From: Actinomycetota bacterium
GTDB taxonomy: Bacteria; Actinomycetota; UBA4738; HRBIN12
Assembly (NCBI GenBank): GCA_040882605.1
Contig: JBBEAY010000017.1
Coordinates: 96,150-160,149, forward strand
Length of the DNA: 64,000 nt
Reading direction: 5' to 3'
Part shown: one piece after another, positions 1-9,377 of the stretch
How positions within the stretch are numbered: the first letter of the stretch is position 1
Layout: the number at the start of each line of letters is the position of its first letter
Made by a program: the position numbers and the translations under genes
Notes under the pieces: generated by a model
The model's input: only the letters and a program-made list of their open reading frames with translations
What the model was told of the DNA's origin: nothing
The model's database searches: none

Positions 1-287
1 GCATCGGTGAGCCGTTGCCGGATCTCGCTGAGGTCGGCGAGCGTCTGCACCTCCCAGGCGATGTGGTACAGCCCCACGGTCGCTCGCCCGGCCGTCGAGT
101 CGCCGGCCGCCTCGCCGATGCTGAAGATGCCGAGGTCGTGGTCGTTGGTCGAATCCGGCGCCTGCAGGAACTTCGCGCCCGGCATCTCATTGACCACCCT
201 GAAGCCCAACACATCGCGATAGAACGCGAACGTCTTCTCCGCGTCTCGGACGTACAGCACCGCGTGGTTCATGCGTTTGATCGCCAT
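1..287 (-). CDS. VOC/glyoxalase-family protein (extradiol-dioxygenase-like fold); only the N-terminal 95 aa, gene runs past the window start
   Basis: Open at window edge, so absent from ORF track. My reverse translation from ATG 287-285 gives MAIKRMNHAVLYVRDAEKTFAFYRDVLGFRVV...GLYHIAWEVQTLADL, a typical VOC start. AGGTGG lies 6 nt upstream. Confidence 0.7.
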   Translation of the reverse strand, partial: MAIKRMNHAVLYVRDAEKTFAFYRDVLGFRVVNEMPGAKFLQAPDSTNDHDLGIFSIGEAAGDSTAGRATVGLYHIAWEVQTLADLSEIRQRLTD

Positions 288-409
288 CTTGAGTCCACCT
301 TCCCCTGGTCGGATCTCGTCGGATCCTCTTCGCCTGACCGATCGGCAGCTCCAGGTCGTATCGTCGCGGCAATGGATCTTGGCATGTCGACCGAAGGAGG
401 AGCCGTTCG

Positions 410-859
410 ATGACCACCGACCGTGATGAGCTGCTGCGACGCGAAGCCGAAGCATGGGCCGCGTTCCTCGATGCTGCTGATCGGGTGCCGACCGATCTAC
501 GGATGGTGCCCGAGGTCGTGCCGGGGTGGTCGGTCGTCGATCTCGCGTTCCACAACGGCAAGTGGGCCGAGCTCGCCGGCTCGCATCTCGAGGAGATGGC
601 CGCCGGAACGTTCGTCGGCGAGGAGCAGCCCGACGAGGTCTGGCAGGCGATGAACGACGCATTTGCCGAGGAGTCCAAAGCGCTCTCGTGGGAGCAAGCC
701 GTTGCCATCGCTGAGGCCGCGCGCATGAAGGCGCGCTCCGCACTCGAGGCGCTGACCGAGGTGGACGACGCGGCCGCGACGTGGTTCACCGACGAGACCT
801 TCGACCACTATCCGGAGCACACCGAGGAGATCGCGAGGTTCGCCGAGGGCCGCGCGTAG
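410..859 (+). CDS. DinB/ClbS-like four-helix-bundle protein, function unknown
   Basis: 149-aa track ORF with GAAGGAGG upstream. Helical acidic protein with a WSVVDLAFHNGKW segment reminiscent of the DinB/ClbS family. Family call is tentative. Confidence 0.6.
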   Translation: MTTDRDELLRREAEAWAAFLDAADRVPTDLRMVPEVVPGWSVVDLAFHNGKWAELAGSHLEEMAAGTFVGEEQPDEVWQAMNDAFAEESKALSWEQAVAIAEAARMKARSALEALTEVDDAAATWFTDETFDHYPEHTEEIARFAEGRA

Positions 860-883
860 GGCGCGCGTAGGGGCGCGCCGCGC

Positions 884-1366
884 CTACGGGTCGAGGCGCA
901 TGAACCAGATGTGCGGTCCGCCGTCCGGCGCGTCGTCCTCATGCGCGATGTGGAAGCCGAACCGCTCGTAGTACGGCCCGTTCCGGGGCTTGCCGGTCTC
1001 GAGGAACGCCGGCACGCCATCGGTCACCGCTCGCTCGAGCCCCCATCGCACCAACGCGGAGCCGATGCCCTGCGATCGGTGAGTTCGTTCGACCGCGATG
1101 GCATCGAGGAACCAGTGCGGTTCGTCGGGAAGCTGCTCCTCGATCCGATCCCACATGACGCCGTATCGCGCGCCGTGGTCGTCGGTGAGCGTCGTGAGCT
1201 ATAGGCCCAAGTGAACATCGATCGCACCCGGTCTTCGATGTCGTCGACGCCCTCAGGCAGTGGCCACCGGATGATCGGGTCGTCGACGAACGCGCGCCAG
1301 CACGCCGGCGAGTGCGGGCATGCGTTGGTGGTCCGCATGAGTGATCTCGAAGTTGCCCTCAGTCAT
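884..1366 (-). pseudogene. GNAT N-acetyltransferase, broken by two frameshifts
   Basis: One GNAT is spread over three frames: MTEGNFEITHADHQRMPALAGVLAR (ATG 1366, ATGA overlap with the Lrp stop) | AFVDDPIIRWPLPEGVDDIEDRVRSMFTWAY | LTTLTDDHGARYGVMWDRIEEQLPDEPHWFLDAIAVERTHRSQGIGSALV... Frame changes lie near 1290-1296 and 1198-1205. The track shows only the 90-aa C-terminal piece (884..1156). Confidence 0.7.
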
Positions 1367-1845
1367 CGGCTCGGTGGCTCGCCGGCGCGGCCGAGGTCGG
1401 TATAGCGGAACGTGCCTTTCGCGATCCGCAGGCCGACGAACGAGTCGACCTCGATAACGCCGGGGACCGCTCGAACCTCGTCCTGCATCACACGCAGCAG
1501 ATCGTCGCCGTCCTGCGCCACGATCTCGACGAGCACGTCGTAGTGCCCCGTGCACTCGATCACGTACACGGCCTCGGGGATACGGCACAGGCCGTCGATC
1601 GCCTTGCGTACCTCACTCCCGCCGAGGCGCACGCCGAGGTAGGCGAAGAGCAGGCCGAGCTCGTGCGGCTTCACGTCGGTCACGAACCGGATCGCGTCGA
1701 TGCGTTGCAGGCGCGCGACCCGAGCGCGGATCGTAGCCTCGGCCACACCCAGCTCTCCCGCGACCGAGGTGAACGGGCGACGGCCGTCTTCCGCGAGGGT
1801 GTCGATGATGCGAAGGTCGAGGTCGTCGAAGCGCGGCGTCGGCAT
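1363..1845 (-). CDS. Lrp/AsnC-family transcriptional regulator
   Basis: Track ORF 1363..1866 trimmed to MPTPRFDDLDLRIIDTLAEDGRRPFTSVAGELGVAEATIRARVARL (HTH) followed by an AsnC-type ligand domain. Divergent from the Rieske oxygenase gene. Confidence 0.85.
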   Translation of the reverse strand: MPTPRFDDLDLRIIDTLAEDGRRPFTSVAGELGVAEATIRARVARLQRIDAIRFVTDVKPHELGLLFAYLGVRLGGSEVRKAIDGLCRIPEAVYVIECTGHYDVLVEIVAQDGDDLLRVMQDEVRAVPGVIEVDSFVGLRIAKGTFRYTDLGRAGEPPSR

Positions 1846-1993
1846 GGTGATGCGATTCTCGCACATGGTTATCGCCTGGGGTGCGATTTCCGCATGGAAG
1901 CCCGCGGTTCTGAGCTATCTGTGGTGCTCTTGGCACGTTATGCTTGACGGTATCCGCGTCACTGACCGCGTTCCATTTGGAGGTCCACCCGTC

Positions 1994-3160
1994 ATGGCCA
2001 AGACCGAGCAGGAGATCAAGATCCGCAACGACGAGGTCGAGTGGGAGCCTCGCCCGACGCTCGGCAGCGACGACTACTCGAGCCCCGAGGTGTGGGAGCA
2101 AGAGCGCGAGCGCATCTGGTTCGGCGAGTGGATCTGCGCCGGTCGCGCCGAAGAGATTCCGAACACCGGCGACCACATCGTTCGCGATATCGCGGGCGAG
2201 TCGATCTTCATCGTCCGAAATGACGCCGGCGAGCTGCGGGGGTTCTACAACGTCTGCGCTCACCGCGGCACGAAGTTCCTCGACGACACCGAGGGCACTC
2301 AGAACGTGCGCAAGGCGTTCGTCTGCCCGTACCACGCGTGGGCGTACGACCTCAACGGGCAGCTGATCGGCTCGCCCAATGTGCGGGAAGACGAACACTT
2401 CGATCGCTCGGACCACCCGCTCTACGACATCGCTGTCGACACCTACGCCGGGTTCCTGTTCGTGAACATGACGACGGGCGGACCTAGGGAGACGTTGCTC
2501 GAATCGTTGAACGACGGCGCCGAGACCATCACGGCGTTCGAGCGCTTCAAGATGCATGAGCTCCGCATCGGCGTGCGTCTCACCTACGAGGTGAAGGCGA
2601 ACTGGAAGATCATCGTCGAGAACTACAACGAGTGCTTGCACTGTCCGCAGGTGCACCCCGATCTGGTGCAGGTGATCCCGCTCTTCCGGTTCGGCGAGGT
2701 ATGGGACGAGGAGATCCCCGACGACGGCAACCGCATGATGGCGGGGGCGACGTCGTTCACGAAGACCGGGCAGAGCGAGCTGCCGAGGTTCCCCGATCTC
2801 GAGCCCGATGACCACGAGATGTACTACGGCACGTACCAGTTCCCGAACCTGCTGCTGAACCTACACCCGGACTGTGCGATGTATTACATCGGTTACCCCA
2901 AGGGTCCGAACCACACCACGGTCGTGAGCGAGTTCATGTTCCGCCCCGAGACGATCGCCGACCCCGAGCTGTTCAGGCCCGAGGCCACGGTCGAGTTCTG
3001 GGATCAGATCTCGAAGCAGGACTGGGAAATCTGCGAGCGCGCGCAGACGGGCGTGTCATCTCGGGCATTCACCCGAGGCGTCTATCCGCGTCAGGACCGG
3101 TTCCTCTACTGGTTCAATGAGGAATGGCGCCGTGCGATGGGCCGCCAGGTACTGGGCTGA
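1994..3160 (+). CDS. Rieske [2Fe-2S] non-haem-iron oxygenase alpha subunit, GbcA/quaternary-amine-demethylase-like
   Basis: Track ORF 1700..3160 trimmed to MAKTEQEIKIRN. Rieske motif CAHRG...(17)...CPYHAW. Mononuclear-iron region ENYNECLHCPQVHPDL, typical of the GbcA/CntA-like clade. Confidence 0.85.
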   Translation: MAKTEQEIKIRNDEVEWEPRPTLGSDDYSSPEVWEQERERIWFGEWICAGRAEEIPNTGDHIVRDIAGESIFIVRNDAGELRGFYNVCAHRGTKFLDDTEGTQNVRKAFVCPYHAWAYDLNGQLIGSPNVREDEHFDRSDHPLYDIAVDTYAGFLFVNMTTGGPRETLLESLNDGAETITAFERFKMHELRIGVRLTYEVKANWKIIVENYNECLHCPQVHPDLVQVIPLFRFGEVWDEEIPDDGNRMMAGATSFTKTGQSELPRFPDLEPDDHEMYYGTYQFPNLLLNLHPDCAMYYIGYPKGPNHTTVVSEFMFRPETIADPELFRPEATVEFWDQISKQDWEICERAQTGVSSRAFTRGVYPRQDRFLYWFNEEWRRAMGRQVLG

Positions 3161-3170
3161 GCGAGTCGTG

Positions 3171-4070
3171 TCAGTTGCGGCGGCCTATGCCGAGGAACAT
3201 GCCGGCGGCGAGCGCGGTCAGCACGGCCGCGGCGACCAATAGCGGCGTCGCCGAGCTGCCGACCGCGAGCTCCGACGAGAGGCGGGCGCCCAGCCTGTCG
3301 TAGACCTGGCTGAGCTCGCCGGCGCTTGCGGCCGTCGAGAGCGCGCCGCCAGAATCGGTCGCGATCGACTGCAGGAGCGTGGTGTCGCCGCCTTCCTTGT
3401 CTGTATCGCCCACGATCGCCACCGTGAACACGGGCACGGCCATCTCGCGGGCGCGGGCCGCGGCGTCGTCGGGGGCCACGACGCTGCCGGTGTCTGCGCC
3501 GTCGGACAGCAGCACGACGGCTGCGGGCAGGTCGGCATCGGTCGTGCGCTCGGCCGCGACCATGTCGAGCGCCTCGGCGAGCCCGTCGCCTATCACCGTG
3601 CCGTGGCTCGCCGTGAGGCCATCGATCGTGTCGGCGGCGGCCGCGCGATCCTCACCCGGTTGCACCGCCGTGGCGGCCGCGCCGGCGAACGTGACGACGC
3701 CCACCCGGAAGCCTGCCGGCACTTCCGCGAGGAACGACGTGGCGGCAGCCTTGGCCGCGGTGAACCGATCGGGTACCACGTCGGTTGCGAGCATCGAGTC
3801 GGAGACGTCGATCGCCAGAACGACGGTGGCGGTCGCCTCACCTCTGTCGAGGCGGACCTGGGCGAACAGCAACATGAGGCACGTCGAGGCGCCGAAGAGC
3901 AGCACGTAGGGAGCCGTCTTGCGTATCGCGCCAGCGAGATCGACCGACATCGCGGCGTTTCCGTAACGTCGGCGGAGTAGCTGGCGACGCACGACGTTCC
4001 GAGCGAGCGCGACGGCCGCGACTCCGGCCCACAGGGCCAGCCACGCCGTGAACAGCAACTCGATCCTCAT
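3171..4070 (-). CDS. von Willebrand factor A (VWA) domain membrane protein, BatA-like
   Basis: Track ORF 3171..4268 trimmed to MRIELLFTAWLALWAGVAAV (N-terminal TM). MIDAS-type VLAIDVSDSM...SHGTVIGDG...LLSDGADT, plus a C-terminal TM. Confidence 0.8.
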   Translation of the reverse strand: MRIELLFTAWLALWAGVAAVALARNVVRRQLLRRRYGNAAMSVDLAGAIRKTAPYVLLFGASTCLMLLFAQVRLDRGEATATVVLAIDVSDSMLATDVVPDRFTAAKAAATSFLAEVPAGFRVGVVTFAGAAATAVQPGEDRAAAADTIDGLTASHGTVIGDGLAEALDMVAAERTTDADLPAAVVLLSDGADTGSVVAPDDAAARAREMAVPVFTVAIVGDTDKEGGDTTLLQSIATDSGGALSTAASAGELSQVYDRLGARLSSELAVGSSATPLLVAAAVLTALAAGMFLGIGRRN

Positions 4071-4158
4071 GCACGGTGCATCGGTCTGCGAAGTGCAGTC
4101 CTCAAGCGATCGGACGGCGCGCCGCGGGGCCGAGTACGAGCGGCGTATCCTTCGGCGC

Positions 4159-6627
4159 ATGACGATCCCGGAGCACCTCGCCAACCGCGACCTCGACGCT
4201 TCGGTGGTGGTGGCGGCGTCTGACCTTCCCGAACGAGCACGCGTTGTCATCGTGGGGGGCGGCATCATCGGCGCGTCGATCGCCTACCACCTCACCCGTG
4301 AGGGCGAATCCGACGTGGTGCTGCTGGAGCGCGGTCGCCTCACGAACGGCACGACCTGGCACGCCGCGGGCCTCGTGTCGCAGGTGCGTGGCACGCATGC
4401 GCTCACGGCGCTCTCGCGCATCAACGCGGAGACCTACGAGCGGCTGCCCGTGGAGACCGGCGTCGAGACCGGCCTGCGCCGCAACGGCGCTCTCACGGTC
4501 GCGCGCACCGAGGCGCGCATGCAGGAAAGCCTCTACGGGGTTGCGATGGCGCGCGATGCAGGCATCGACGTCGAGGTGCTCGAAGCCGCGCAGGTGAAGG
4601 ATCTCTGGCCCTCGGCGGTCGTCGATGACCTCGTGGGGGCGGTGCTGTTCCCGACCGACGGCACGGTGAACCCAGGCGACGCCGCGCTTGCATTCGCCAA
4701 GGGGGCGGCGGACCGAGGAGCTCGGTACGTGCCCGAGACCGAGGTGACGGGGTTCCTGTTCGACGCCGCTGGGCGCGTCACGGGGCTCGACACGTCGCGG
4801 GGCTCGATCGAGGCCGAGACGGTCGTGCTCGCCGCAGGCCTGTGGACGAGCGAGCTCGCGCGCAAGGCGGGCGCGAGCGTGGCGCTCTACCCGGCCGAGC
4901 ACGTCTGGGTCATGACCGAGGAAGCTCAGGGCGCACGAGAGGACGCGCCCTTCCTACGAGACCTGGACGCGTACCTGTACATCAGGCACTACCGCGGCCG
5001 CTACCTGATCGGCGCGTTCGAGCCGAACGGCAGGCCGAAGCGCCCCGGTGAGATCTCGACCGACGGGTTCGCCGAATTCGGTCCGGACTGGGATCACTTC
5101 GCCCCGGTGCTACAGGGCGCTCGCGAGCGTGTACCCGAGATCGAGACGATCGGCTTCTCGCACTACCTGCGCGCGCCTGAGAGCTTCACACCCGACTCGA
5201 ACTTCCAGCTGGGGTTTGTGCCGGAGGTGCCGGGATTGTTCGTGGCCGCTGGGTTCAACTCGCAGGGGATCATCTTCGGGCCGGGCGCGGGCATGGCCGC
5301 GGCGCAGTGGATCGTCGCCGGCCACCCGACGATGGATCTCGTCGAGGTCGACGTGGCGCGCATGGGCCGCTGGGCGAACCAGCGCGCCTGGTTGCACGAG
5401 CGCACCGTCGAGTCGCTCGGCGGCCTGTACGAGATGCACTGGCCCTCGAAGCAACCGCGGACGGCTCGCGGGGTGCGTCGGGCCCCGCTGTACGGGGCGT
5501 TGCGGGAGAGCGGCGCCGCGTTCGGCCAGGCTGCCGGGTGGGAACGGGCGAACTGGTTCGAGCCGGGGGTCGTCGAGCCGCCGGTCGAGTACTCCTTCGA
5601 GTCGCCGTCGTGGTTCCCGGCCGTGCGCGACGAGGTGCGCGCGACCCGAGAGGGCGTCGCGTTGTACGACCTGTCGACCTACTCGAAGTTCTTGGTGCAG
5701 GGGCCGGGCGCGCTTGAGGGATTGCAACGTCTCGCAACGTCGGACATCGACGTGCCGACCGGCCGCATCGCGTACACGCTGCTCTGCAACGAGCGCGGCG
5801 GCATAGAGATGGACCCGACCGTGACGCGCCTCGGCGAAGACCGATTCCTCGTGCTCGCGCCGACGCTCGCGCAGCGTCACACGGAGATGCTGCTGCGCGC
5901 CGGGCTCCCCGCCGACGCCACGGTCACCGACGTCACGAGTGGATGGGCGACCTTGCACCTGGCGGGCCCGTCTTCGCGTGAGCTGCTGGCTCGGCTGACA
6001 GACGAGGACCTCTCGAACGACGCGTGGCCGTTCTTGACGGCGCGTGAGATCGACGCCGCGCGCGCTCGCGCATGGGCGTTCCGCGTGTCGTTCACGGGCG
6101 AGCTCGGCTGGGAGCTGAGCGTGCCAACCGAGTTCGCGGCCGACCTGTACGAGCGCATCGTGGAAGCGGGTGTCTCGCTCGGGCTGCGGCAAGCGGGCGC
6201 GTTCGCGTTCGACGCGGCGAGGGTAGAGCGCGGGTTCCGGTCATGGGGTCACGACATCGGACCGGTCGACGACCCCTTCGCGGCCGGGCTCGGCTTTGCG
6301 GTCTCGCGGAAGAAGGCTACTGACTTCGTCGGTCGCTCGGAGCTCGAGGCGCTGCGAGATGGGCCGCGTGAGCGGCGGTTGGTCTCGCTGCACGCGCCCG
6401 ACGCCGTGCTGTGGCACGGAGAATCGGTAGTGCGCGGCGAAGAGCGCATGGGCCACGTGACGAGCGCCGGCATCGCTCCGACGCTCGGTGGATCGGCGGG
6501 GCTGGCATGGATCCATGGGGAGCCAGAGGGCGATGGCTGGGGGGTCGAGATCCGAGGCGAGGTCGTGCCGGCCGTCGTGCAGGCCGACCCGTTCTACGAC
6601 CCGCGCGGGAAGCGCTTGCGCGGATAG
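4159..6627 (+). CDS. Dimethylglycine/sarcosine oxidase-dehydrogenase type flavoenzyme (FAD DAO domain fused to GcvT-like folate-binding domain)
   Basis: Track ORF 4048..6627 trimmed to MTIPEHL. Dinucleotide fold VVIVGGGIIGASIAYHL. The C-terminal half has aminomethyltransferase-like segments (ALYDLSTYSKFLVQGP, FTGELGWELSVP). About 822 aa, the size of Arthrobacter-type dimethylglycine oxidase. Confidence 0.85.
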   Translation: MTIPEHLANRDLDASVVVAASDLPERARVVIVGGGIIGASIAYHLTREGESDVVLLERGRLTNGTTWHAAGLVSQVRGTHALTALSRINAETYERLPVETGVETGLRRNGALTVARTEARMQESLYGVAMARDAGIDVEVLEAAQVKDLWPSAVVDDLVGAVLFPTDGTVNPGDAALAFAKGAADRGARYVPETEVTGFLFDAAGRVTGLDTSRGSIEAETVVLAAGLWTSELARKAGASVALYPAEHVWVMTEEAQGAREDAPFLRDLDAYLYIRHYRGRYLIGAFEPNGRPKRPGEISTDGFAEFGPDWDHFAPVLQGARERVPEIETIGFSHYLRAPESFTPDSNFQLGFVPEVPGLFVAAGFNSQGIIFGPGAGMAAAQWIVAGHPTMDLVEVDVARMGRWANQRAWLHERTVESLGGLYEMHWPSKQPRTARGVRRAPLYGALRESGAAFGQAAGWERANWFEPGVVEPPVEYSFESPSWFPAVRDEVRATREGVALYDLSTYSKFLVQGPGALEGLQRLATSDIDVPTGRIAYTLLCNERGGIEMDPTVTRLGEDRFLVLAPTLAQRHTEMLLRAGLPADATVTDVTSGWATLHLAGPSSRELLARLTDEDLSNDAWPFLTAREIDAARARAWAFRVSFTGELGWELSVPTEFAADLYERIVEAGVSLGLRQAGAFAFDAARVERGFRSWGHDIGPVDDPFAAGLGFAVSRKKATDFVGRSELEALRDGPRERRLVSLHAPDAVLWHGESVVRGEERMGHVTSAGIAPTLGGSAGLAWIHGEPEGDGWGVEIRGEVVPAVVQADPFYDPRGKRLRG

Positions 6628-6701
6628 CGCCGGAGCAGCTCGCTCATCGAGCGATATCGACAACGGTATCGAACGGCGTCCTGGCTCGCTCGACCCTGAT
6701 C

Positions 6702-6721
6702 TGATACCGCTTTCGGTATCA
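6702..6721 (+). terminator. Stem-loop downstream of the oxidase gene (TGATACCG-cttt-CGGTATCA)
   Basis: Perfect 8-bp stem with 4-nt loop, 75 nt after the stop at 6627, in a locally AT-richer spacer. No U-tract, so a terminator role is uncertain. Confidence 0.3.
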
Positions 6722-6819
6722 CGGGGCATGAACCAGCTCGCACAAGCAACGAAGCGAGCGTCAAGATGCATGCATGCTCATGAATTGGACCTTCCTGGGC
6801 GCGCCGGCGGACTCGGTCC

Positions 6820-7310
6820 TCAGGGGTGATGGCGCCGAGCGCTCGCCCGACCCGGTTGCGAGAGTTCGGTCTGCCGTCGCGCCTCGGCGGTGTTGACGCG
6901 GGGAACCTGCCCGTACGTGTACGTGGGAACGACCGCGACCCCGTCACCGGCATTATCGACAGCTATCAGGTGATCGCGAACGCCTTGGTCGTACGTGAGG
7001 CCGTAAGGGAGCGCGTCGTGGCCGGTGAGCGAGTCTTCCTCGCCGGAGGGTGCTGCGCGAATGGCGAGGGATCACCGTGGCCGTTCGTGCGGGTCATCGT
7101 GCATGTCGCGATGTGGAACTCGAAAAGCTGTTGATCGTCGAGCTCGGCCGGAGTCAGGCTCAGCGGGCATCGGATGTACGCGTGGCCCTCCGTCACGCCT
7201 GACCGTCGCGAGGAACGCGAGCCCGACGCCGAACTCGTAGAGCAGCTCCCGGCCCGCCTCCGCGAGGTCGGAGCGCACCGATCGGAGTTTCTTCCACGTG
7301 GCGGTCGGTT
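6820..7310 (-). pseudogene. Pyridoxamine-5'-phosphate-oxidase/F420-binding-family-like gene, frame-broken (tentative)
   Basis: ATWKKLRSVRSDLAEAGRELLYEFGVGLAFLATVRRDGGPRVHPM reads like a PPOX-family N-terminus with no start codon before it. The frame then hits TGA at 7072. High-GC3 coding continues in a second frame (CPLSLTPAELDDQQLFEFHIA) and returns to the first (EEDSLTGHDALPYGLTYDQGVRDHLIAVDNAGDGVAVVPTYTYGQ). Confidence 0.4.
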
Positions 7311-7342
7311 GGCGAGCGTCAGCGGGCGAGGGGTCGCATCCA

Positions 7343-8272
7343 TTACGGCACGGCTGCATCGATCACGCCACGGGTAGGCATGCCTTCGCGAGCGCCGCCG
7401 ACGCCGACCGAGATCGCGGCAGCCGTGACCGCGCGGCGGAGCGCCTCGGCGAGGGTGAGCCCCTCGAGCACTCCGGCTGCGAGCACGCCGTTCAGGGTGT
7501 CGCCGGCACCGGTGGCGTCGATCGCCCGTGTCTTCGGGGCCAGCACCTTCGTCTCGCCGTCGGGACCGATCGCCAGCGCGCCTTTGTCACCGAGGGTGAC
7601 CACGACAGACAGTCCCGGGTAACCGGCGGTCAGGCGTTTCGCGCCGCCGCGTGGTTCCTCGGCTTGAGCGGCGAGGATGGCGAGCTCGCCTGCGTTCGGC
7701 GTCACCACGGCAGTGAACGGAAGCAGGTCGTGAGCCTCGGCGCGTGCGGGCGCGGGGTTGAGCACGAACGGCAGGCCTCGATCGTGGCTCCATCGGGCGG
7801 CGGCCTCGACCGCGTCGAGCGGCACCTCGAGGCTCGCGAGCACGGCGCCCACCGATGGCCCGATCGCATCGAGCGCCTCGATGACCACCGCCGGAGTCAG
7901 GCTCGCATTCGCTCCCGGCACCACCGTGATCTGGTTCTCAGCGCGAGCGTCGACCGTGATCAGAGCGACACCGGTGGCAGCGGAGCGGTCGATGAGCAGG
8001 TGCGTGACGTCGACCCCCTCGAGCTCGAGTAGCTCTCGCGCTGGTTCGCCGTACGCATCGGCGCCGACCGCTCCGATCATCGCGACTCGGCCGTTCGTGC
8101 CGAGCGCGCGCGCCGCAGCGACGGCCTGGTTCCCACCCTTGCCGCCTTGATGCTGGGAGAACTTGCCACCCACCACCGTCTCGCCGGCCGCGGGAAGCCG
8201 CGCTCCGCGCACGACGAGGTCCACGTTGATCGCGCCGATCACGGCGAGCGTGTCGCCGGCCGCTCTGCTCAC
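7343..8272 (-). CDS. rbsK: Ribokinase (PfkB family)
   Basis: Track ORF 7343..8437 trimmed to a GTG at 8272 that overlaps the upstream stop (GTGA). LAVIGAINVDL, GGKGGNQAVAAA and DATGAGDT signatures. Directly downstream of the nucleoside hydrolase. Confidence 0.8.
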   Translation of the reverse strand: MSRAAGDTLAVIGAINVDLVVRGARLPAAGETVVGGKFSQHQGGKGGNQAVAAARALGTNGRVAMIGAVGADAYGEPARELLELEGVDVTHLLIDRSAATGVALITVDARAENQITVVPGANASLTPAVVIEALDAIGPSVGAVLASLEVPLDAVEAAARWSHDRGLPFVLNPAPARAEAHDLLPFTAVVTPNAGELAILAAQAEEPRGGAKRLTAGYPGLSVVVTLGDKGALAIGPDGETKVLAPKTRAIDATGAGDTLNGVLAAGVLEGLTLAEALRRAVTAAAISVGVGGAREGMPTRGVIDAAVP

Positions 8273-9267
8273 GCGGGCGCTTCCACCAACGACCCGAGCC
8301 GATCCGAGAATCGCGAGAGGAATCCGGCCACGTCGACGTCGAGCGCGACGCGCGCGTTCTCCTCGGGTTCCCAGCCGACGGGCCACGGGCTGTGACGCAC
8401 GCCGCGCAGGTCGGCGACGGTCATGCCGCGCGTCCAAAGGCCGTCGGTCTCGACCTCGACCCTCGTGGTCTGGAACGTGCCGAGCGACTCGTCGATCGCC
8501 AGCGCCAGAGCCAACGGGTCGTGCATCGCCGCGCCGCCGGTCACGCCGGTTCGCTCGTAGAACTCGATGTAGTACGGCACGGCCGTCCGCAGGAAGCGCG
8601 CGACCGGTGAGTCGGTCATGCCTTCGCAGATCGCGTCGAGTGCGGCGCGCGAGAGCTGCACGCGGTCGGTCACGTCGAGGCCTGCACAGAGCGGAAGCCG
8701 CGCTGGCTCGCGCCCCGAGAACCCCCGGAACACGGCCTGGGCCGCGTCGGGGTCGACCCAGATGTTCGCCTCGGCGGCCGGCGTCGCGTTACCGCCCCGC
8801 GCGAACGAACCACCCATGATCGCGAACCCGCCGAGAAGGTCCGGCAGACGCGGCTCCTCGGCGAGCGCGAGCGCCACGTTGGTCAGAGGTCCGGTCGCAA
8901 CGAGCAGCACCTCGCCGGGACGATCGCGTGCGGTCTCGACCAGAAGCTGCGCCGCTGCTCGCGACGAAGGCTCGCGCGACGGAGTTGGCAGCTGGGCGTT
9001 GCCCAGTCCGCGCTCGCCGTGGACTACTGGGAACGGCTCATGGTCGCGCACGATCGGCCGGGCAGCTCCGCGCGCGACCTCGACGTCGCCGAGCCCGACG
9101 AGCTCCAACACCGCGAGCGTGTTCTCGGTCGCGTGATCGACGGTGACGTTGCCCATCACGCTGGTCGCGGCGATCAGCTCGACCTCGGGGGACGCGGCCG
9201 CGTAGAGAAGCGCGAGCGCGTCATCGACCCCGGTGTCGACATCGAGGATCAGTGGCCGAGGCGTCAT
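8269..9267 (-). CDS. Inosine/uridine-preferring nucleoside hydrolase
   Basis: Track ORF 8269..9438 trimmed to MTPRPLILDVDTGVDDALALLYA (the DxDxxxDD nucleoside-hydrolase signature). Confidence 0.85.
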   Translation of the reverse strand: MTPRPLILDVDTGVDDALALLYAAASPEVELIAATSVMGNVTVDHATENTLAVLELVGLGDVEVARGAARPIVRDHEPFPVVHGERGLGNAQLPTPSREPSSRAAAQLLVETARDRPGEVLLVATGPLTNVALALAEEPRLPDLLGGFAIMGGSFARGGNATPAAEANIWVDPDAAQAVFRGFSGREPARLPLCAGLDVTDRVQLSRAALDAICEGMTDSPVARFLRTAVPYYIEFYERTGVTGGAAMHDPLALALAIDESLGTFQTTRVEVETDGLWTRGMTVADLRGVRHSPWPVGWEPEENARVALDVDVAGFLSRFSDRLGSLVEAPA

Positions 9268-9377
9268 GGTCGAAGAGTACCGGCAGCCAGCCTCGCCGCC
9301 GATTGAAAGCCGCCGGAGAGGTAATCGCCGACGAGCTCTAACTGGAGGCTCACGCCAACGAGGCCTGGTAGGTCGAC

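Noticed and set aside
1613-2815. 400-aa minus-strand ORF antisense to the Rieske oxygenase gene. Similar long shadow ORFs include 5110..6192, 10810..11670, 11677..12717, 15867..17729, 24301..25638, 25738..26943, 30487..31713, 39666..41015 and 42169..43347.
   Set aside because: Arg/Ala/Gly/Pro-rich, low-complexity translations with no motifs, each lying opposite a gene with clear family signatures. These are typical stop-poor antisense frames of high-GC DNA.
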